Below are positions 10,301-22,827 of a stretch of 32,000 bases of DNA, in pieces. The notes under the pieces were generated by a model. It did no database searches. It was not told the origin of the DNA and saw nothing but the letters and a program-made list of their open reading frames with translations. Positions within the stretch are counted from its first letter, which is position 1; every line of letters starts with the position of its first letter. Location: the NCBI RefSeq assembly GCF_000354175.2, contig NC_022349.1, positions 3,120,001 to 3,152,000 on the forward strand, read 5' to 3'. Source of the stretch: Vibrio alginolyticus NBRC 15630 = ATCC 17749. Lineage in GTDB: Bacteria > Pseudomonadota > Gammaproteobacteria > Enterobacterales > Vibrionaceae. The position numbers were made by a program, and so were the translations under genes.

Positions 10301-10891
10301 TTATTCAGCTTTGAACGTGTGGAGGCGATTTTGTGCTTTAGATAGGCCATCCTTAATCAGGATATCTAGACAACGAACAGCCTCATCAGCTGCTGCATCT
10401 AAAAGCTCTTGCTCTTTAGCTGGCGCTTTACCTAATACAAAACCCGCCACTTTATCTTTGTGTCCCGGATGACCAATGCCAATACGAAGACGATAAAAAT
10501 CTTTGTTATTGCCCAGTTTGCTAATGGTGTCACGCAGACCGTTGTGTCCACCGTGACCCCCACCTTTTTTAAACTTAGCGACACCTGGCGGTAAGTCTAG
10601 CTCGTCATGAGCAACCATGATCTCTTCAGGTTTAATTTGATAAAATTTCGCAAGCGCTGCGATCGATTTACCTGATAGATTCATGAAGGTGGTTGGGATA
10701 AGCAAACGGAGATCCTGGCCATTGACCATAATGCGTCCTGTTAGACCAAAAAACTTTGGTTCGTTCTTCAGTGTAACGTTGTGAACGCGTGCTAATTCTT
10801 CTACAACCCAAGCGCCCGCATTGTGACGAGTTCTGGCGTATTCTGGTCCTGGATTAGCAAGACCAACAAGAAGTTTGATTTGTTGACTCAA
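10301..10891 (-). CDS. pth: Peptidyl-tRNA hydrolase
   Basis: 196-aa ORF: [22 protein letters not shown]... with the catalytic His context, and later [10 protein letters not shown]. Confidence 0.95.
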   Translation of the reverse strand: MSQQIKLLVGLANPGPEYARTRHNAGAWVVEELARVHNVTLKNEPKFFGLTGRIMVNGQDLRLLIPTTFMNLSGKSIAALAKFYQIKPEEIMVAHDELDLPPGVAKFKKGGGHGGHNGLRDTISKLGNNKDFYRLRIGIGHPGHKDKVAGFVLGKAPAKEQELLDAAADEAVRCLDILIKDGLSKAQNRLHTFKAE

Positions 10892-10983
10892 GGTTAGGAT
10901 CTCTCTGGAATCTCAAAAAGCGCAGTATGATAGCACAGAAAACTCGCGGTGGGCGACCAAGGGATTTTCTAGTTATCAGTACA

Positions 10984-11010
10984 AATAAAAAACACCCCAA
11001 AGAGGGGTGC
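10984..11010 (-). terminator. Rho-independent terminator of prs
   Basis: CACCCC-AAAGA-GGGGTG hairpin (10993-11010). On the minus strand a U-tract follows (complement of the A-run 10984-10992). It lies about 30 nt past the prs stop. Confidence 0.75.
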
Positions 11011-11041
11011 TTTTGAAATCAGTGTAACTGAAATGTTCGTA

Positions 11042-11986
11042 TTAGTTGAACATTGCAGAGATTGACTCTTCGTTGCTGATACGACGAATCGCTTCAGCTA
11101 GCATGCGAGATAGGCTTAGTGTTGTCACTTTACCTGTTGCAGCCATCTCTTTAGACAGAGAGATAGAGTCAGTTACGATAACTTGGTCAAGAACTGAGTT
11201 CTTGATGTTATCCGCAGCGTTGCCTGAGAATACTGCGTGAGTAGCGTAAGCGAATACACGCTTAGCACCGCGCTCTTTTAGTGCTTCAGCTGCTTTACAT
11301 AGTGTGCCACCTGTGTCGATCATGTCATCAACGATCACACAGTCACGACCTTCAACATCACCGATTAGGTTCATTACTTCAGAAACGTTTGCACGTGGAC
11401 GACGCTTATCTACGATTGCGATGTCGATGTCGCCTAGTGCTTTTGCTGTTGCACGAGCACGAACAACGCCACCTAGGTCAGGAGATACCACTACAGGGTT
11501 ATCTAGACCGCGAGCCTGCATATCTTCAAGTAGCACTGGCGTGCCGAAGATGTTGTCTACAGGTACATCGAAGAAGCCTTGAATTTGCTCTGCGTGTAGG
11601 TCGATAGTTAGAACGCGGTCAACACCAACGTTAGATAGGAAATCAGCAACAACTTTTGCAGTAATTGGCACACGCGCAGAACGTACACGACGGTCTTGGC
11701 GAGCGTAGCCGAAGTAAGGGATAACTGCAGTGATACGGCCTGCTGAAGCACGGCGCATTGCATCAATCATAACAACCAATTCCATTAGGTTGTCGTTAGT
11801 CGGTGCACAAGTGGATTGAATGATGAAAACATCGCTACCACGAACATTCTCATTGATTTGAACTGCAACTTCGCCATCAGAAAAGCGAGAAACAGATGCA
11901 TCACCAAGAGAGATGTAAAGACGATCAGCAATACGTTGGGCTAGTTCAGGTGTTGCGTTACCAGCAAATAGCTTCATATCAGGCAC
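11042..11986 (-). CDS. prs: Ribose-phosphate pyrophosphokinase (PRPP synthetase)
   Basis: 314-aa ORF starting [24 protein letters not shown]. The PRPP-binding loop is [14 protein letters not shown]. It is near-collinear with E. coli Prs. Confidence 0.96.
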   Translation of the reverse strand: MPDMKLFAGNATPELAQRIADRLYISLGDASVSRFSDGEVAVQINENVRGSDVFIIQSTCAPTNDNLMELVVMIDAMRRASAGRITAVIPYFGYARQDRRVRSARVPITAKVVADFLSNVGVDRVLTIDLHAEQIQGFFDVPVDNIFGTPVLLEDMQARGLDNPVVVSPDLGGVVRARATAKALGDIDIAIVDKRRPRANVSEVMNLIGDVEGRDCVIVDDMIDTGGTLCKAAEALKERGAKRVFAYATHAVFSGNAADNIKNSVLDQVIVTDSISLSKEMAATGKVTTLSLSRMLAEAIRRISNEESISAMFN

Positions 11987-12013
11987 GGTGGAAACCTCGG
12001 GTTTGCGTCCAGT

Positions 12014-12886
12014 TTAAATAGGTCGGTGTGAGGCTGATTGGTATTCAGCCAAAGTCTCTTTTAATGGCGAAATATTGCGCCCTTGAGCGACAAATGCCGA
12101 GACTTTATCAGAGAGTTGTGCAAGGATAGTTTCTGCTTCAGATTTGCTCGAAAATTCAGCAAAAACGCAAGATCCTGTCCCCGTCAATCTTGACGGCGCG
12201 TATTGTAGCAGCCAAGAAAGTTGCTTATCAACCTCTGGGTAGAGCATTCGTACAATTTTTTCGCAATCGTTTACGCTTGGCGTATTTAAAAGTGTTTCTA
12301 GATCTCGTTTTGGGGTGTTTCGCGTCAAATCTGGATGACAAAAAACGTCGACGGTTGCGATAGATACATTCGGTCTGACGACTAAATACCACTTTTCTTC
12401 GGGATAAGCAGGAGAGAGTTTTTCACCAACACCTTCAGCAAAAGCTGCAAATCCGCGCACAAATACGGGCACGTCTGCGCCCAGTTTTAAACCAATTTCA
12501 GCCAGTTCGTCGTCAGTTAGATTCAGTTGCCATAAGTAATTCAGTGCCACTAATGCTGTAGCTGCATTCGATGAGCCCCCACCAATGCCTCCACCCATAG
12601 GCAGCACTTTCTGTAGCTCAATATGCGCGCCAAAAGGGCAGTTTGAGTAAGTTTGAAGCGCGGTTGCTGCTTTCCAAATTAAATTGTCTTGAAGGGGCAC
12701 ACCTTCTATGTCTGGAGAAATCGTAATATCACCAGAATGGTTCGCTTGAATGGTGAGCTCATCGCCGTGATCGACGAATTGGAATAAGGTTTGTAACTCG
12801 TGGTAGCCATTCTCTGTACGGCCGTTGATATATAGAAAGAGATTCAATTTCGCTGGTGATGGCCAGCGTGTTGAAAGTTCAATCAT
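12014..12886 (-). CDS. ispE: 4-diphosphocytidyl-2-C-methyl-D-erythritol kinase
   Basis: GHMP-kinase motif [16 protein letters not shown] and N-terminus [16 protein letters not shown]. The track start is 12901 (MEHHPM...). I prefer the ATG at 12886 ([15 protein letters not shown]), which forms an ATGA overlap with the lolB stop. Either start is possible. Confidence 0.88.
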   Translation of the reverse strand: MIELSTRWPSPAKLNLFLYINGRTENGYHELQTLFQFVDHGDELTIQANHSGDITISPDIEGVPLQDNLIWKAATALQTYSNCPFGAHIELQKVLPMGGGIGGGSSNAATALVALNYLWQLNLTDDELAEIGLKLGADVPVFVRGFAAFAEGVGEKLSPAYPEEKWYLVVRPNVSIATVDVFCHPDLTRNTPKRDLETLLNTPSVNDCEKIVRMLYPEVDKQLSWLLQYAPSRLTGTGSCVFAEFSSKSEAETILAQLSDKVSAFVAQGRNISPLKETLAEYQSASHRPI

Positions 12887-13521
12887 TGGGTGATGTTCCA
12901 TTTTGTGATCACTAGATTTATTTTGACATCAGCTGTGGTGAGTTTCAGCTTATTTGGCAGAGGGAGAGACTGTTCATGCCATTGAACGTCGCCATATCGT
13001 TGATAAGCAATACTCCAATCATTTAAACCAATTTGTTTGTTTAACGCTTGCAGTGTATTGGTTGGAGACAGTTGGAATTTGTCGGCATCGGTCGGTAGAC
13101 CTAATAGCCAGTCAGGCATGTGATCGACGGGCATCATTAACCCTGTAAGACGGTAAATCAGCTGGTTAGCACTGCGAGAAGAAAGGACCTGATCGTCGTA
13201 AGTTTCTACTGTGGCGCCTTGTGGGGTGATGGTGAGCTTTAATGCCGTTTGTCCGAGAATCGTTGTTAAACGCAACTGGCTTAGTGCTGAAGAATGTTTC
13301 CAGTAGAAGTTTAAATTTTGTCTTTGGTCTGGGCCAATATAACCAAGTTTCCCCGTTGCTTGAAAATCTCGGATGGTTTCGAGTCGCTGCTCATGAGCTT
13401 GCCATTCAACGCTGGTAACACTTTCAGGAACGGACGAACAACCAGCGAGCAGTAAGCTCGACAAGAAAAAAAGAATAAAGGAGCGTAACGTCATGTTTGA
13501 TGGCTTATTAATCAGTTTCAT
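12883..13521 (-). CDS. lolB: Outer-membrane lipoprotein LolB
   Basis: Lipobox LLLAGC|SS follows a hydrophobic signal segment. The gene has the conserved position between hemA (divergent) and ispE. An alternative start is the second Met at 13494 ([10 protein letters not shown]...). Confidence 0.85.
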   Translation of the reverse strand: MKLINKPSNMTLRSFILFFLSSLLLAGCSSVPESVTSVEWQAHEQRLETIRDFQATGKLGYIGPDQRQNLNFYWKHSSALSQLRLTTILGQTALKLTITPQGATVETYDDQVLSSRSANQLIYRLTGLMMPVDHMPDWLLGLPTDADKFQLSPTNTLQALNKQIGLNDWSIAYQRYGDVQWHEQSLPLPNKLKLTTADVKINLVITKWNITQ

Positions 13522-13655
13522 CGGGAATCGCTCACAACTATAGCATTGAAAAGTCGCACTTAGGAAAACAAATCCGGCTTACCCTTTCAATAAATGCGTG
13601 CTTACAGTAAAATTCTGGACCTATTTTATAACCTATCCCAGAGATACCACGTTAG

Positions 13656-14912
13656 ATGTCCTTGCTTGCTATTGGAATTAATCACAATACAGCGTCTGTC
13701 GACTTGCGAGAGAAGGTGGCGTTTGGTCCGGATAAACTCGGCCCTGCACTCGAGCAACTTAGAGAGCACGAAGCAGTTAACGGCAGTGTGATTGTTTCAA
13801 CCTGTAACCGAACTGAGTTGTACTGCGATGTTAAGCAAGGAGCGCGAAGCAAGTTGATCGATTGGCTTGCTCAATTTCATCAAGTGAGCCGCGAAGATTT
13901 AATGCCGAGTTTGTATGTTCATGAAGAACAAGCTGCAATAAAGCATTTGATGCGCGTATCGTGCGGTCTTGACTCTCTGGTGTTGGGTGAGCCTCAAATT
14001 TTGGGGCAGGTAAAGCAAGCATTTTCTGACTCGCGAGATCATCAAGCTGTCGATGCCTCGATTGATAAACTGTTTCAAAAGACGTTCTCAGTCGCCAAAC
14101 GGGTGAGAACAGAGACAGATATTGGTGGTAATGCCGTGTCCGTGGCTTATGCGGCATGTACACTGGCAAAACATATTTTTGAGTCGTTATCAGATTCAAC
14201 CGTGCTTTTAGTTGGTGCGGGTGAGACGATTGAATTGGTCGCGAAGCATTTAGCGTCCAACGGTTGCACAAAAATGATTGTCGCGAACCGCACTAAAGAG
14301 CGCGCGCAAGGCTTAGCGGACCAATTTGGCGCAGAAGTGATCAGTTTGAACGAAATTCCTGAACATTTGGCGAAAGCGGACATTGTGATTAGCTCAACGG
14401 CGAGCCCATTGCCTATTATTGGCAAAGGTATGGTCGAAACGGCTCTAAAGCAGCGCCGACATCAACCTATCTTGTTAGTCGATATTGCGGTGCCGCGAGA
14501 TGTAGAGTCGGAAGTCGGTGAACTGAACGACGCATATCTGTATTCTGTTGATGACTTGCAATCTATCATCGACAGCAACATTGAGCAGCGTAAAGTCGAA
14601 GCGATTCAAGCTGAAGCGATTGTTAGTGAAGAAAGCGCGGCATTTATGACATGGTTGCGTTCACTGCAAGCCGTCGATAGTATTCGCGACTATCGCAAAT
14701 CAGCCAACGAAATTCGTGAAGAGTTACTGAGCAAAAGTTTGCAATCTTTAGCGGCAGGCGCAGATCCGGAGAAAGTGCTGCGCGAGCTGAGTAATAAACT
14801 CACCAACAAACTGATTCACGCTCCAACTCGCGCATTGCAAAGTGCAGCAGAGCAAGGCGAACCAGCAAAATTAACGATTATCCGCCAAACACTTGGCTTG
14901 GATGATCTATAA
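13656..14912 (+). CDS. hemA: Glutamyl-tRNA reductase
   Basis: 418-aa ORF starting [23 protein letters not shown]. The catalytic-Cys context is [10 protein letters not shown], and the NADPH-binding motif is [11 protein letters not shown]. Confidence 0.95.
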   Translation: MSLLAIGINHNTASVDLREKVAFGPDKLGPALEQLREHEAVNGSVIVSTCNRTELYCDVKQGARSKLIDWLAQFHQVSREDLMPSLYVHEEQAAIKHLMRVSCGLDSLVLGEPQILGQVKQAFSDSRDHQAVDASIDKLFQKTFSVAKRVRTETDIGGNAVSVAYAACTLAKHIFESLSDSTVLLVGAGETIELVAKHLASNGCTKMIVANRTKERAQGLADQFGAEVISLNEIPEHLAKADIVISSTASPLPIIGKGMVETALKQRRHQPILLVDIAVPRDVESEVGELNDAYLYSVDDLQSIIDSNIEQRKVEAIQAEAIVSEESAAFMTWLRSLQAVDSIRDYRKSANEIREELLSKSLQSLAAGADPEKVLRELSNKLTNKLIHAPTRALQSAAEQGEPAKLTIIRQTLGLDDL

Positions 14913-14941
14913 CTCACGCTTTTTATTAAGAAAACGACACT

Positions 14942-16030
14942 ATGAAAGCCTCTATTCTGACTAAGCTAGAAACGCTAGTAGAACGTTACGAAGAAGTTCA
15001 ACATCTTCTTGGTGATCCTGATGTAATTGGAAATCAGGACAAATTCCGTGCTCTATCAAGAGAGTACTCTCAGCTAGAAGAAGTAACCAAGTGCTTCCAA
15101 GCTTATCAACAAGCACAAGAAGATCTTGTCGCCGCTGAAGAGATGGCAAACGAAGACGACGAAGAAATGCGTGAAATGGCGCAAGAAGAAATCAAAGAAG
15201 CGAAAGCGACGATTGAGCGTCTTACTGATGAGTTACAGATTCTTCTTCTGCCAAAAGATCCGAACGATGATCGTAACTGTTTCCTAGAAATTCGTGCAGG
15301 TGCGGGTGGCGACGAAGCGGGTATCTTCGCGGGTGATCTATTCCGTATGTACAGCAAGTACGCAGAAAAGCGTGGCTGGCGCATCGAAGTCATGTCTTCA
15401 AACGAGGCAGAGCACGGTGGTTACAAAGAGATGATCGCGAAAGTAAGCGGCGACGGTGCATACGGCGTGTTGAAATTTGAGTCAGGCGGTCACCGTGTAC
15501 AGCGTGTTCCTGCAACTGAATCTCAAGGCCGTGTGCATACTTCTGCTTGTACAGTAGCAGTAATGGCGGAAATCCCTGAAGCGGATCTGCCTGAAATCAA
15601 AGCAGCAGACCTGAAAATCGATACGTTCCGTGCATCTGGCGCGGGTGGTCAGCACGTTAACACCACGGATTCTGCAATTCGTATTACCCACTTACCAACG
15701 GGTACGGTAGTAGAGTGTCAGGATGAGCGTTCACAGCACAAGAACAAAGCGAAAGCAATGGCGGTTCTTGCTGCTCGTATCGTTCAAGCGGAAGAAGAGC
15801 GTCGTGCCGCAGAAGTGTCTGATACACGTCGTAACCTTCTAGGTTCTGGTGACCGTAGTGACCGTATTCGTACATACAACTACCCACAAGGTCGTGTGTC
15901 TGATCACCGTATCAACCTGACCATCTATCGTTTGAACGAAGTGATGGAAGGTGACCTGCAGAGCTTGATTGATCCTGTGATTCAAGAGCACCAAGCAGAC
16001 CAACTTGCGGCGCTCGCAGAGAACGGCTAA
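14942..16030 (+). CDS. prfA: Peptide chain release factor 1
   Basis: 362-aa ORF with the PAT stop-codon recognition tripeptide (RVPATE) and the GGQ motif ([11 protein letters not shown]). Confidence 0.97.
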   Translation: MKASILTKLETLVERYEEVQHLLGDPDVIGNQDKFRALSREYSQLEEVTKCFQAYQQAQEDLVAAEEMANEDDEEMREMAQEEIKEAKATIERLTDELQILLLPKDPNDDRNCFLEIRAGAGGDEAGIFAGDLFRMYSKYAEKRGWRIEVMSSNEAEHGGYKEMIAKVSGDGAYGVLKFESGGHRVQRVPATESQGRVHTSACTVAVMAEIPEADLPEIKAADLKIDTFRASGAGGQHVNTTDSAIRITHLPTGTVVECQDERSQHKNKAKAMAVLAARIVQAEEERRAAEVSDTRRNLLGSGDRSDRIRTYNYPQGRVSDHRINLTIYRLNEVMEGDLQSLIDPVIQEHQADQLAALAENG

Positions 16031-16033
16031 TCG

Positions 16034-16888
16034 ATGAGCCAAGTTCAATCGATTGAGCAAGCACTGAAAAGTGCGACGGCGAAACTGGCAGAAGGCGGCA
16101 AAGAGTCGCCTTCTCTCGATGCAGCTGTCCTTCTTTGCCATGTCCTTGGCAAACCAAGAACTTACCTACTTACCTGGCCAGAAAGAGCATTAGAAACCGA
16201 GCAACAAGCTCAATTTGATGCACTCTTGGAACGACGCATCGCTGGTGAGCCCGTGGCTTACATCATTGGTGAACGTGAGTTTTGGTCTTTACCTCTTAAA
16301 GTCTCGCCATCCACATTGATCCCAAGACCAGATACTGAACGTTTGGTTGAAGTCGCATTAGATAAGACTTTCGGACAAACGGGACCGATCTTAGACCTTG
16401 GCACAGGAACTGGCGCGATAGCTTTAGCATTGGCGTCTGAAATGCCAAATCGCCAAGTGATGGGCGTAGACCTTAAGCAAGAAGCGAAAGCACTTGCAGA
16501 GTACAATGCTGAGCAGCTAAACATCAAAAATGTGACCTTTGCTCAAGGCAGTTGGTTTGAGCCTATTACAGAAGGTACGAAGTTTGCTTTAATTGTCTCC
16601 AACCCGCCATATATTGATGAAAAAGATCCACATTTATCCCAAGGCGATGTGCGCTTTGAGCCAAAATCTGCATTAGTTGCTAAAGAGAATGGCTTAGCTG
16701 ATATTCGTCATATCTCGGATCTTGCTCGTCAGTATCTTGAAGTGGGCGGTTGGCTGGCATTTGAACATGGTTATGATCAAGGTGAGGCGGTGCGTGAGAT
16801 AATGCGTGGCTTTGGTTACCAACAGGTCGCTACGGAAAAAGATTATGGCGGTAACGATCGAGTAACACTTGGTTGTCTGGCCAGTTAA
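16034..16888 (+). CDS. prmC: Release-factor glutamine N5-methyltransferase PrmC (HemK)
   Basis: 284-aa ORF with the SAM-binding motif ILDLGTGTGAIAL and the NPPY motif (VSNPPYIDE). It starts 3 nt after prfA. Confidence 0.93.
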   Translation: MSQVQSIEQALKSATAKLAEGGKESPSLDAAVLLCHVLGKPRTYLLTWPERALETEQQAQFDALLERRIAGEPVAYIIGEREFWSLPLKVSPSTLIPRPDTERLVEVALDKTFGQTGPILDLGTGTGAIALALASEMPNRQVMGVDLKQEAKALAEYNAEQLNIKNVTFAQGSWFEPITEGTKFALIVSNPPYIDEKDPHLSQGDVRFEPKSALVAKENGLADIRHISDLARQYLEVGGWLAFEHGYDQGEAVREIMRGFGYQQVATEKDYGGNDRVTLGCLAS

Positions 16889-16928
16889 TCATGGAAGTCA
16901 GCAAACACTAACTAAAAAGAGAAGAAAA

Positions 16929-17312
16929 ATGTACGTAGCTCTAAAACACATACACTTAGTGACGATCGCTCTCAGCGCGACGCTACTATCGATCCGATTC
17001 GTGTTAATGATGATGAACTCACCGAAGCGAAATAATCGCTTTTTGAAAGTGTTTCCCCACATCGTTGATACTGCATTGCTAGTGTCAGGTATCGCGCTTA
17101 TTTTCATTACTGGTTTCATCCCGTTTACCGATGCCGCACCGTGGTTAACAAACAAAATCACCTGCGTACTGGCGTACATTGCGCTTGGATTCTTCTCATT
17201 GAAACTTGCGAAAAACAACCTACTGAAGATATTTGGCTTTTTCGGCGCATTAGGTTGGTTGGTCATGGCTGCAAACATTGCTGTGTCTAAGAGCCCTACG
17301 TTATTTGGATAA
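16929..17312 (+). CDS. sirB2: SirB2-family inner-membrane protein (YchQ-like)
   Basis: The track ORF begins at 16869 with a non-ATG start. I use the ATG at 16929 (MYVALKHIHLVTIALSATLLSIRF...), giving about 127 aa with four predicted TM helices. It has the conserved prmC-ychQ-ychA-kdsA position. Confidence 0.8.
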   Translation: MYVALKHIHLVTIALSATLLSIRFVLMMMNSPKRNNRFLKVFPHIVDTALLVSGIALIFITGFIPFTDAAPWLTNKITCVLAYIALGFFSLKLAKNNLLKIFGFFGALGWLVMAANIAVSKSPTLFG

Positions 17313-17318
17313 GACGTC

Positions 17319-19033
<1,715 letters not shown>

Positions 19034-19064
19034 ACGCCAGATGACTGGTGGTAACAAATACTAT

Positions 19065-19090
19065 AGCCAACCGATGTTGGCTATTTTTTT
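19065..19090 (+). terminator. Rho-independent terminator of the hemA..kdsA transcription unit
   Basis: AGCCAAC-CGAT-GTTGGCT hairpin followed by ATTTTTTT (to 19090). Confidence 0.8.
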
Positions 19091-19252
19091 ATCTGAAAAA
19101 CTGTAAATTCTCAAACTTGTTACTGATGAATTTGTTATTGCTAAACAATGCATCATAATTATTAAATCAATGTGTTAGGGTGCACGTGGTTTTCAAATAG
19201 ATCCAATGCTTAAAATGTGCGTCAGTAATCCCAATAAGAAAAAGGTAAATAA

Positions 19253-20935
19253 ATGAATCAGCGTCTGATGATCAAAACTGTTTTGAGTGCCGCTATCTTG
19301 GCCTCGTTAGCTGGGTGTGCTACGCAACCTGTACCAGAATGGAATGCCGATACAACCTATAAATTGACCGTATTGCACACTAACGATCATCATGGTCGCT
19401 TTTGGCAAAATCGATACGGTGAATATGGCATGGCGGCGCGTAAAACGTTAATCGATGATTTGCGCGAAGAAATACAGGCTGAGGGGGGGAGCGTGTTATT
19501 GCTTTCTGGTGGTGACATCAACACAGGAGTACCTGAGTCTGATTTACAAGATGCCGAGCCGGATTTTAAAGGCATGAGCAAAATTGGTTACGATGCGATG
19601 GCTCTAGGTAATCATGAGTTTGATAATCCATTGGATGTGCTATTCAAGCAGCAAGAGTGGGCAAACTTTCCGATGTTGTCTGCCAATATTTACGATAAAA
19701 ATACTGGCAAGCGTTTATTCCAACCATACGCGATGTTTAAAAAGCAGGGCATTAAAATTGCGGTCATTGGCCTTACAACCGAAGACACAGCGAAACTTGG
19801 CAACCCTGAATTCATTGAACAAATTGACTTCCGTGACCCAAAAGAAGAAGCCAAGAAGTTGATTGCAGAACTGAAAGAGACAGAGTATCCAGATCTGATT
19901 TTTGCTGTCACGCATATGGGACACTATGAAAATGGTAATAGAGGCATCAATGCTCCTGGCGATGTGGCGTTAGCTCGTTATTTGAATGACGGCGATCTCG
20001 ACATGATCGTTGGAGGACACTCACAAGAACCTGTGTGCATGGAAGGTCCAAACGTTATCAAAAAGAACTTTAAACCAGGTGATGAATGTCAGCCCGATAA
20101 ACAAAATGGTACCTTTATTGTTCAGGCACATGAGTGGGGGAAATATGTGGGACGCGCCGATTACGAGTTTCGTAATGGCGAACTCTCGATGGTGAGCTAC
20201 GATCTAATCCCTGTAAACTTGAAAAAGAAAGTTAAAGTTGATGGTCAGTCGCAACGAGTCTTGATCCAAGATGAGATTAAACAAGACGAAATGATGCTTG
20301 AGTTTCTTCGTCCTTATCAAGAAAAAGGTCAGGGCAAACTAAACGTGAAGATTGCAGAATCTAACGGTAAGCTTGAGGGTGACCGCAATGTGGTTCGTTA
20401 CCAGCAAACAAACTTAGGTCGATTAATTGCAACGGCTCACATGGAACGTGCGAAAGCAGATTTCGCCGTAATGAATTCTGGCGGCGTTCGCGATTCGATT
20501 GCAGCAGGTGAGATTACCTACAAAGATGTGCTGACTGTTCAGCCATTTGGCAATATGGTCTCTTACGTTGATATGACGGGCAAAGAAGTATTGGATTACC
20601 TAAATGTCGTTGCAACTAAACCTGTCGACTCTGGAGCTTACGCGCAGTTTGCCGGCATTGCGATGAGTATCAATAATGGTGAGGTAACCAATGTGTTCAT
20701 TGGTAATAAGCAACTTCGCTTAGATGGTAATTACCGCTTTACCGTACCAAGCTATAATGCTGCTGGTGGAGATGGTTACCCTAAAATCGACGATCATCCA
20801 GGGTATGTAAATACAGGTTTTACCGATGCTGAGGTTTTGAAGGATTATTTAGAAACACATAGCCCTATTGATGTTAATGAGTATGCCCCTTCAGGTGAAA
20901 TCACGTATTTAGTTGATACGGCGATTGATCAGTAA
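19253..20935 (+). CDS. ushA: Bifunctional UDP-sugar hydrolase / 5'-nucleotidase, lipoprotein form (NutA-like)
   Basis: 560-aa ORF. The signal peptide carries the lipobox LASLAGC|ATQ. Calcineurin-like metallophosphoesterase motifs are present (VLHTNDHHGRF, GGDINTG, GNHEFD, VTHMG, GGHSQ). A C-terminal 5'-nucleotidase domain follows. I recall the V. parahaemolyticus nutA product as a lipoprotein of this size. Confidence 0.92.
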   Translation: MNQRLMIKTVLSAAILASLAGCATQPVPEWNADTTYKLTVLHTNDHHGRFWQNRYGEYGMAARKTLIDDLREEIQAEGGSVLLLSGGDINTGVPESDLQDAEPDFKGMSKIGYDAMALGNHEFDNPLDVLFKQQEWANFPMLSANIYDKNTGKRLFQPYAMFKKQGIKIAVIGLTTEDTAKLGNPEFIEQIDFRDPKEEAKKLIAELKETEYPDLIFAVTHMGHYENGNRGINAPGDVALARYLNDGDLDMIVGGHSQEPVCMEGPNVIKKNFKPGDECQPDKQNGTFIVQAHEWGKYVGRADYEFRNGELSMVSYDLIPVNLKKKVKVDGQSQRVLIQDEIKQDEMMLEFLRPYQEKGQGKLNVKIAESNGKLEGDRNVVRYQQTNLGRLIATAHMERAKADFAVMNSGGVRDSIAAGEITYKDVLTVQPFGNMVSYVDMTGKEVLDYLNVVATKPVDSGAYAQFAGIAMSINNGEVTNVFIGNKQLRLDGNYRFTVPSYNAAGGDGYPKIDDHPGYVNTGFTDAEVLKDYLETHSPIDVNEYAPSGEITYLVDTAIDQ

Positions 20936-20986
20936 CCCAACAGAGAAAAAGCGATTGACTCAAACTCGCTGATATCATTAACTAAA

Positions 20987-21020
20987 AGCGCAGATCCAAT
21001 TCAATCTGCGCTTTTTGTTT
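20987..21020 (+). terminator. Rho-independent terminator of ushA
   Basis: AGCGCAGAT (20987-20995) pairs with ATCTGCGCT (21004-21012), followed by TTTTTGTTTTT. Confidence 0.8.
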
Positions 21021-21037
21021 TTATGAGGAGAATCTTG

Positions 21038-21511
21038 ATGACTCCGGCCATTAATCTTGCGAAAAAGAAAAAAATTCCACACACGATTCATCAGTATGAG
21101 CATGACCCTAGAGCCGATAGTTATGGCTTGGAGGCTGCTGAAGTACTGGGGCAGGATCCGAAAACAGTATTTAAAACCTTGCTGTTCTGCTTGAACGGGG
21201 AGCCAAAGAACCTTGCGGTTGCGATTATCCCTGTTGATCAAAAGCTGAACCTAAAACTGGCGGCGAAAGCAGCGAAGGGCAAAAAGGCCGATATGGCTGA
21301 TCCGGAAATCGCCCAAAAGACCACAGGTTATGTCGTTGGTGGAATTAGCCCACTAGGGCAGAAGAAAGCCTTACCTACTTTTTTGCACGAAAGCGCAGCA
21401 GAGCAAGACAAAATCTGTGTGAGTGCTGGTAAACGTGGTTTAGAAATTGAGTTAGCCCCGAGAGATTTGCTGAGCTTAACTCGTGGTCAGTTTGCACCTC
21501 TTTGTTTGTAA
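21038..21511 (+). CDS. ybaK: Cys-tRNA(Pro)/Cys-tRNA(Cys) deacylase YbaK
   Basis: The track ORF starts at 21023. I use the ATG at 21038 (MTPAINLAKKKKIPHTIHQYEHDP), which matches the E. coli YbaK N-terminus. TGYVVGGISPLGQKK is conserved. It is adjacent to ushA as in E. coli. Confidence 0.9.
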   Translation: MTPAINLAKKKKIPHTIHQYEHDPRADSYGLEAAEVLGQDPKTVFKTLLFCLNGEPKNLAVAIIPVDQKLNLKLAAKAAKGKKADMADPEIAQKTTGYVVGGISPLGQKKALPTFLHESAAEQDKICVSAGKRGLEIELAPRDLLSLTRGQFAPLCL

Positions 21512-21526
21512 ACTCATGACAAATAA

Positions 21527-21550
21527 AAAGGACGCTCATGAGCGTCCTTT
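21527..21550. terminator. Bidirectional terminator shared by ybaK (+) and rluF (-)
   Basis: The palindromic hairpin AAAGGACGCTCATGAGCGTCCTTT is flanked by A-runs on the left and T-runs on the right. Confidence 0.8.
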
Positions 21551-21575
21551 TTTGATCTTGCCTGTCAGTGAAGCG

Positions 21576-22733
21576 TTACTTCTTCAGACTCAATGTACCA
21601 CCAGTGCGTTTAGCTGGTTTGCTTGGTTTCGCGGCATTTGGGTTCATGTAATGCTGCTTAGGCTTACTCAGTGATTGAGGCTTGTTTGCTGAATGCGTAT
21701 TGCTCGATGCATCTGGTTTACGGTGCGATTTACCATGCTCGCCTTGCGGTCTGCTGCGTTCACCTTGTGATTTCGCTTTGTAATGTTCTTTAGCTGGACA
21801 TCCGCCTTCATCATCACGCTGACGACGCTTTTGTTGACCTTTTTTCGAGTTTGGTGCATGACGGAATTCATCAGCATTGTTACCGCGGAAAGTTCGTGTC
21901 TTCTGGTTACGACGAGCAGTAGAATCTTGGTTTTCTTCACGGCTATCAAACAGCTTCGCGTCGGTCGCTTTACGAATGTTGCGACCTCTAGAGTCTGTTT
22001 TTGATGCTTCTTCTGTACCTACCGAGCCTTCACACATTGCTAGGATCTCTGCCACTTCTTCGTCACTTAGATAACGCCATTTTCCATTCGGAATACCATC
22101 AAGAGAGATATTCATGATGCGAACGCGACGCAGCTTGAATACTTCATAGCCCAGCGCTTCACACATGCGACGGATCTGACGGTTAAGTCCTTGAGTGAGC
22201 ACAATACGGAAAGAGAATTTAGTCTCTTTTGTTACCTTACAAGGTAGGGTGACTGTGTCGAGAATCTTAACGCCACTCGACATCTGTTTGAGAAACTCGC
22301 CTGTAATTGGCTTGTCCACGCGTACGACGTACTCTTTTTCGTGGCTGTTGCCTGCGCGAAGGATTTTGTTCACGATGTCGCCATCGTTGGTCAAAAAGAT
22401 CAGACCATCAGAGGGTTTGTCTAAGCGGCCGATCGGAAAGATACGTTTTTGGTGGCCGATGAAATCAACGATGTTTCCAGGGACGTCTCTCTCAGTTGTA
22501 CAGGTGATGCCTGTTGGTTTATTGAGAGCGATATAAATCGGCTTCTCTTTTGCTGCCACTGGCTTACCATCCACACAAACATCATCACCAGGTAGCACTT
22601 TTGTCCCCATTTCAGGTTTGTTGCCATTAATGGTGACACGGCCTTGCTCAATTAGTCTGTCTGCTTCACGGCGTGAGCAAAACCCCGTTTCACTGATGAA
22701 TTTATTTAATCGTTTAGCGTTGTCTTGTGACAT
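21576..22733 (-). CDS. rluF: 23S rRNA pseudouridine synthase RluF-like, with a long basic low-complexity C-terminal extension
   Basis: 385-aa ORF. It has an N-terminal S4 domain ([26 protein letters not shown]), the catalytic Asp motif [17 protein letters not shown], and [11 protein letters not shown]. It is collinear by eye with E. coli RluF for about 240 aa. A further ~145 aa rich in K/R/Q/S/N/P follows. Confidence 0.88.
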   Translation of the reverse strand: MSQDNAKRLNKFISETGFCSRREADRLIEQGRVTINGNKPEMGTKVLPGDDVCVDGKPVAAKEKPIYIALNKPTGITCTTERDVPGNIVDFIGHQKRIFPIGRLDKPSDGLIFLTNDGDIVNKILRAGNSHEKEYVVRVDKPITGEFLKQMSSGVKILDTVTLPCKVTKETKFSFRIVLTQGLNRQIRRMCEALGYEVFKLRRVRIMNISLDGIPNGKWRYLSDEEVAEILAMCEGSVGTEEASKTDSRGRNIRKATDAKLFDSREENQDSTARRNQKTRTFRGNNADEFRHAPNSKKGQQKRRQRDDEGGCPAKEHYKAKSQGERSRPQGEHGKSHRKPDASSNTHSANKPQSLSKPKQHYMNPNAAKPSKPAKRTGGTLSLKK

Positions 22734-22827
22734 TTTTGTCTCCTAACGTTTCACAACGGCGAATGAAGCTCCCTTCCTTTAAGGGGAAGGAAGAATAAGG
22801 GCGGGCATTCTAGCATTAGGGTGAAAT

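Noticed and set aside
9199-10350. Long N-terminal extensions in the track ORFs for ychF (383 aa), kdsA (18137), ybaK (21023), smrB (23517), the DUF3149 gene (23742), sirB2 (16869) and TraB/GumN (25653)
   Set aside because: In each case an internal ATG aligns with the known family N-terminus or a signal peptide, has a better SD, and avoids overlap with the upstream gene. The extensions are artefacts of calling the longest ORF.
21668-22074. Alternative-frame ORFs (93, 73 and 65 aa) overlapping the rluF tail region, which could suggest an overlapping gene or a frameshift
   Set aside because: The main rluF frame is uninterrupted from the catalytic core to the stop at 21576. Open alternative frames are expected in purine-rich, biased sequence, and no start signals are present.
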